Source: Antedon mediterranea (taxonomy: Eukaryota; Animalia; Echinodermata). Taken from it: DNA of 64,000 nucleotides. The stretch spans positions 14,472,371 through 14,536,370 of the forward strand of contig NC_092678.1 in NCBI RefSeq assembly GCF_964355755.1, in the 5' to 3' direction. Positions within the stretch are counted from its first letter, which is position 1, and each line of letters begins with the position of its first letter. The position numbers and the translations under genes are program-made. Below, one piece after another: positions 62,366-64,000 of the stretch. The notes beneath the pieces were generated by a model, which saw nothing but the letters and a program-made list of their open reading frames with translations, made no database searches and was not told where the DNA came from.

Positions 62366-64000
62366 CTAAATGGCGGCTTTCCCCTGACCAAATTTTGTGC
62401 AACCTTTCCATTTCATGTTTTTGACACCCTATTGAATAACTGTGCAAAGTTTCAAAATATTATCACAATTTGAAGGATTTGCCTAAAATATGCACCTTAA
62501 AATGCCTACTATAAATGGTATTTGTTATTTCATCATGATAGGAGATTTTAATTTTCCTGAAATTGATTGGATTTCTTGGAGTACAATAAAAATGAAACAC
62601 ATAAAAGTAATCGGTTTATAGAATGATAGAATGCCTTAGAGAAAATTTTTTATGCCATTGTATACAGCAACCAACACGATTTCGAGATGGTCAAACACCT
62701 AACATACTCGACTTAGTAATCACAATGGATGAAACCAAAATAAGTGATATTGAGATAGGTCCACCATTAGGAAAAAGGGACCACGTAACAATCTTGTTTT
62801 CAAATGACTGTGTAACTAAAATACAAGAGAAAATGGAATACAAGATAAATGTCAATAAGGGTGACTATATTAATATGAAAAATTGATTACTGAGGTGGAC
62901 TACCAATTTGAAAATACAAATGTTGAAGAGGCCTGTGAAGCTTTAAACCAATCAATAAGAAATGCTGTTCAGATCTGTATTCCAAAGTCAAACATAAAAA
63001 AAGAAAATCAACCTATCTGGATGACTGGTGACGTTCAGATGAAATTAAAATGAAACACAATGCATGGAAAAAGTTTACAAGGTATCGATAACAAAAAGAT
63101 TATGACAGTTACACAAAGGCAAGAAATATAGTAACGGGTGAAAAAAGGGCAGCAAAGATTGCACTGGAGCGGAAAATATGCAATGAAGTAAAAACTAATC
63201 CTAAACGATTCTGGAAATATGTAAGAGAAAAAACCAAAACAACTCAATCTATTGGATTGGTGAAGGATGGAAAGGGTAATATGGCTGATGACAATCAGCA
63301 TAAAGCTGAAATTGTTCACGCATTTTGCACAAGTGTATTCACAAATTGAATTGAAATATTTTTAATAGTATTGAATGAAGACCTCGAGTCATTGTCAGAA
63401 GTTACACCAAGAGTTGAAGTGGATGACCATTTGTATTCAATCGAAGTGACAAAGGAGGAAGTGCTTACATGCCTTCAGCAGATGAACTCAAATAAATCAG
63501 CTCGACCAGATGACGTGCATCCAAGAGTACTGAAGGAACTTAAAGAAATTGTTGCAACTCCATTAACGTCAATAAACAACATTAATCACTATCGACTGCA
63601 CAGTTACCGGAGTGCTGGAAATGTACCAATGTAGTACCAATGTTTAAGAAAGGGGACAAGACGGAGGTTAGAAACTAAAGGCCAGTAAGTTTGACATCTG
63701 TCATATACAAACTTTTGGAATCAATTGTGAGAGACAAAATTATACAGTTTCTAAATGATAGAAACATTATTACAAAAGCACAGCATGGGTTTCGGAAAGG
63801 TAGATCTTGCGTCACACAATTGCTGGAGGTGATGGAAAAATGGACAAAATTGCTGGATTCAGGGGAAAAATTGGATGCAGTATATTTGGATTTCAGTAAA
63901 GCGTTCGATTATATCTCCCACCAAAGATTAATAACAACATTGAAAGCGTATGGAATAAAAGGAAACCTACTGAGATGGATACAGCAATTTTTGACAGGGA

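Larger units (their letters stand above)
59040..62511. mobile_element. Academ transposon remnant with an inverted duplication of its 3' end
   Basis: XPG/FEN1-like motifs EEADERMFVH, DSDV, FH..SGCDTTS and Cys-rich CGHTDCDLGRCKC present on both strands. ~153-bp subterminal repeats. Right terminus ...AATGCCTACTA (TAGTAGG on -). Confidence 0.75.
58150..64000 (+). mobile_element. CR1-type LINE (ORF1 end, APE, RT), split by the Academ remnant; runs off the window
   Basis: ORF1 ELRQELRTRKVNGEINLVIRRGKIV; APE LYTNAD..NKIGEL and VAITE. Resumes at 62512 with IGDFNFPEIDW, PTRFR..ILDLV, HPRVLKEL, YLDFSKAFD. Confidence 0.85.

Overview
AT-rich, intron-containing animal genomic DNA. A marine invertebrate origin is an inference from the repeat repertoire; no prokaryotic features were seen. 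The first 15 kb hold the 3' part of a multi-exon ROCO-type gene (Roc GTPase, COR, micro-exon linker, two tandem death-effector-domain-like exons). It carries in-frame stops, so it is probably a pseudogene, and a Gmr1-like Gypsy element (integrase upstream of RT) sits in one intron. The remainder is mostly transposons: L1/Tx1, Rex1/Babar, RTE and CR1 LINEs, two tRNA-derived SINEs, and a ~2.6-kb tandem duplication. A 20.6-kb Harbinger-type element contains a nested Gypsy provirus, an Academ-type foldback element and P-like/piggyBac-like non-autonomous elements. A second Academ remnant is folded into a palindrome. The most striking observation is a 4.8-kb Chapaev-type (CMC, RAG1/Transib-related) transposon at 52732-57515. 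It has an intron-rich degenerate transposase and bipartite CACAGCT ends whose inner conserved block lies 13 versus 23 bp from the heptamer, resembling V(D)J recombination signal sequences. All family assignments come from motif recognition by eye and need database confirmation.
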